A DNA stretch of 64,000 nt, taken from NCBI GenBank assembly GCA_045537695.1, contig JAZSQB010000016.1, positions 3,092 to 67,091 on the forward strand. The letters run 5' to 3'. The translations under genes were made by a program, and so were the position numbers. Under the pieces are notes generated by a model, which did no database searches, had not been told where the DNA came from, and saw only the letters and a list, made by a program, of their open reading frames with translations. Positions 62,597-64,000 of this stretch are shown in pieces (positions within the stretch are counted from its first letter, which is position 1; each line of letters starts with the position of its first letter). The DNA comes from Clostridia bacterium (GTDB taxonomy: Bacteria; Bacillota; Clostridia; UBA1381; UMGS1253).

Positions 62597-63871
62597 CTAA
62601 TCCCTTACAACATAATTTCTAAGCTTCGCATAGCAAATCTCATCGACCAACGCTTCGATGCGCGTTCCGGTTTCCGTATATTCCTCGGAAAGCACCATTT
62701 GATCCGCATGCAGCACCGGCAAAAGTGTGCCCTCGCTATACGGAATTAAAAATACCGCCTTTTGCTTTTTCCCAGGCACAATGTCTTCCAATGCCGATCT
62801 GAATGCTTCCATACCAGCGTGCGTTCTGGCACTGATGCAGACTGTTTTGTCTGCCCCTTCAACCTGCATCGGCAAACCTTCCGGTTCTGCACATAAATCC
62901 ATTTTATTTAACACGGCCAGTGTCGGTTTTCCGGTTGCCTTTAGCTCTGTTAAAATCATGTTGACAACTTCAATATGCCGTCGAAATTCCGTATTCGATG
63001 CATCAATCACATGAATGAGCACATCTGCAAGCGCAGCCTCTTCCAACGTCGATTTAAATGCTTTGACCAGATGATGTGGCAATTTGCGGATAAAACCGAC
63101 CGTATCCACCATCAAAAGCTCACGATTATCCGACAGCGTCAGATTACGCTGCGTCGGGTCAAGTGTTGCAAACAATTTATTTTCAGCCAACACATCTGCA
63201 TCGGTCAGTAAGTTCAGCAGCGTCGATTTACCCGCATTCGTATAACCGACAATTGCCGCCACCGTCTGTCCTTCCTTCTTTCTGCGGCTGCGCAAGAGAT
63301 CACGGTGTTTCTGGATTTCGCGCAGCTCCTCCGTCAGGGATTCTATTCTGCGTCGAATATGACGACGGTCTGTTTCCAGTTTTGTTTCACCCGGTCCACG
63401 CGTACCAATACCGCCGCCAAGACGGGAAAGCGCACTTCCCATACCGGTCAGACGCGGTAGCATATATTTCAGCTGCGCAAGCTCTACCTGAATTTTACCT
63501 TCCTTTGTTTTGGCACGCGCCGCAAAAATATCCAAAATCAGTGCCGTACGGTCTAAGACCTTCAGCCCGGTCACATCCGTAATATTTCTAACCTGCACCG
63601 GCGAAAGTTCATCATCAAAAATAACCGTCTCTGCCTGCAATTCCGCTGCGGCATTTTTCAGCTCCTCGAGCTTTCCCTCGCCCAGATAAGCCGCATTATC
63701 CGGTGAAGGACGGTTTTGTACCAATACACCAGCAACCTCTGCCCCTGCCGTATCGGCAAGCTCCTCCAATTCAGCTATGGATTCTTCTGTTGTATCGGAC
63801 AGTACATCCAGACTTCCTGTATGCACGCCCGCTAAAATAACCCGTTCTTTTCTTTCTTCATTTACAAACAT
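62597..63871 (-). CDS. hflX: GTPase HflX
   Basis: The N-terminal HflX domain, G1 GYTNAGKST, G3 DTVGF and G4 NKMD. I prefer the MFVNEERKERVILAGV start (ATG 63869-63871, GGTGA RBS) over the ORF-track start at 63937. Confidence 0.9.
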   Translation of the reverse strand: MFVNEERKERVILAGVHTGSLDVLSDTTEESIAELEELADTAGAEVAGVLVQNRPSPDNAAYLGEGKLEELKNAAAELQAETVIFDDELSPVQVRNITDVTGLKVLDRTALILDIFAARAKTKEGKIQVELAQLKYMLPRLTGMGSALSRLGGGIGTRGPGETKLETDRRHIRRRIESLTEELREIQKHRDLLRSRRKKEGQTVAAIVGYTNAGKSTLLNLLTDADVLAENKLFATLDPTQRNLTLSDNRELLMVDTVGFIRKLPHHLVKAFKSTLEEAALADVLIHVIDASNTEFRRHIEVVNMILTELKATGKPTLAVLNKMDLCAEPEGLPMQVEGADKTVCISARTHAGMEAFRSALEDIVPGKKQKAVFLIPYSEGTLLPVLHADQMVLSEEYTETGTRIEALVDEICYAKLRNYVVRD

Positions 63872-63913
63872 ACAATCACCTACGCTGTAAATTAAAATTA
63901 TTGTACCATAAGT

Positions 63914-64000
63914 AAAAATGCTTGCTTGCAAGGGCATTTTTACGCAGCCGTCAATATTGCAGGATGTACATAGTACATCGGCGACGCAGTCGCAAAGACT
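63914..64000 (-). repeat. Second copy of the cysK-leader hairpin element, in the hflX leader; truncated by the window edge
   Basis: Read on the minus strand, the 28-mer AAAAATGCCCTTGCAAGCAAGCATTTTT (63914-63941) is identical to 6162-6189. Upstream of it are GACGGCTGCGT and AGTCTTTGCGACTGC (63986-64000), compared with GACGGCGTCGC and GCAGTCTTTCGACTGC at the cysK site. It is followed by a TGgTACAAT extended -10. Confidence 0.65.

Noticed and set aside
1-64000. Mobile elements, prophage, defence islands and toxin-antitoxin pairs
   Set aside because: No transposase, integrase, recombinase, phage structural, restriction-modification, Cas, Abi or TA-like proteins appear among the translated ORFs. 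The region reads as core chromosome.

Overview
This is a chromosomal, mostly housekeeping 64-kb segment that looks like an anaerobic Firmicutes/Clostridia genome. Supporting signs are SLH-domain wall proteins, a T-box leader, extended -10 promoters of the TGnTAnAAT type and GGAGG-type RBSs. TAA, TAG and TGA are all used as ordinary stops. Most genes lie on the minus strand. Content from left to right: potA/potB, ung, a PrsA-like foldase, mreB, yaiI and cysK. Then a CofE-like gene paired with a stand-alone GMP-synthase ATP-PPase subunit, a DUF975 protein, an IMPase, and NiaR with a divergent EIIC-like permease. Then SCP2-like and VanZ proteins, followed by an envelope block (two SLH proteins, a CapD-like dehydratase, Wzz plus BY-kinase, a Wzm/Wzt exporter). 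Then tlyA-dxs, and an aryl-acid/arylpyruvate block (SSF symporter, amidohydrolase, acyl-CoA ligase, iorA/iorB, paaK, ACT). Then two membrane proteins, the pyrC-K-D-F-E-B-I operon, tRNA-Leu(UAG), xpt and a small alarmone synthetase. Then a 1521-aa heparinase II/III-like secreted protein with uxaA/uxaB, tspO, an SLH-M15 peptidase, DUF378, SPFH/NfeD, pgi, a small P-loop protein, thrC, trxA, yigZ and hflX. I saw no transposase, integrase, CRISPR array or recognisable defence gene. Five things deserve a second look. (1) An ORF-free, highly structured locus of about 660 nt with its own promoter runs into a small multi-TM protein, then dxs and tlyA; this is the published context of OLE RNA and OapA. 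(2) iorA has an in-frame TGA exactly where the conserved Cys of GDIGCYTLG sits, followed by a SECIS-like hairpin with a GGUU loop. (3) A T-box leader whose specifier reads UAC (Tyr) heads an SSF symporter in front of the IOR/PaaK/ACT block. (4) An orphan leader with riboswitch-like architecture precedes a 47-codon ORF. (5) A hairpin-rich intergenic element is shared by the cysK and hflX leaders. All family assignments come from reading the translations by eye; no database search was run.
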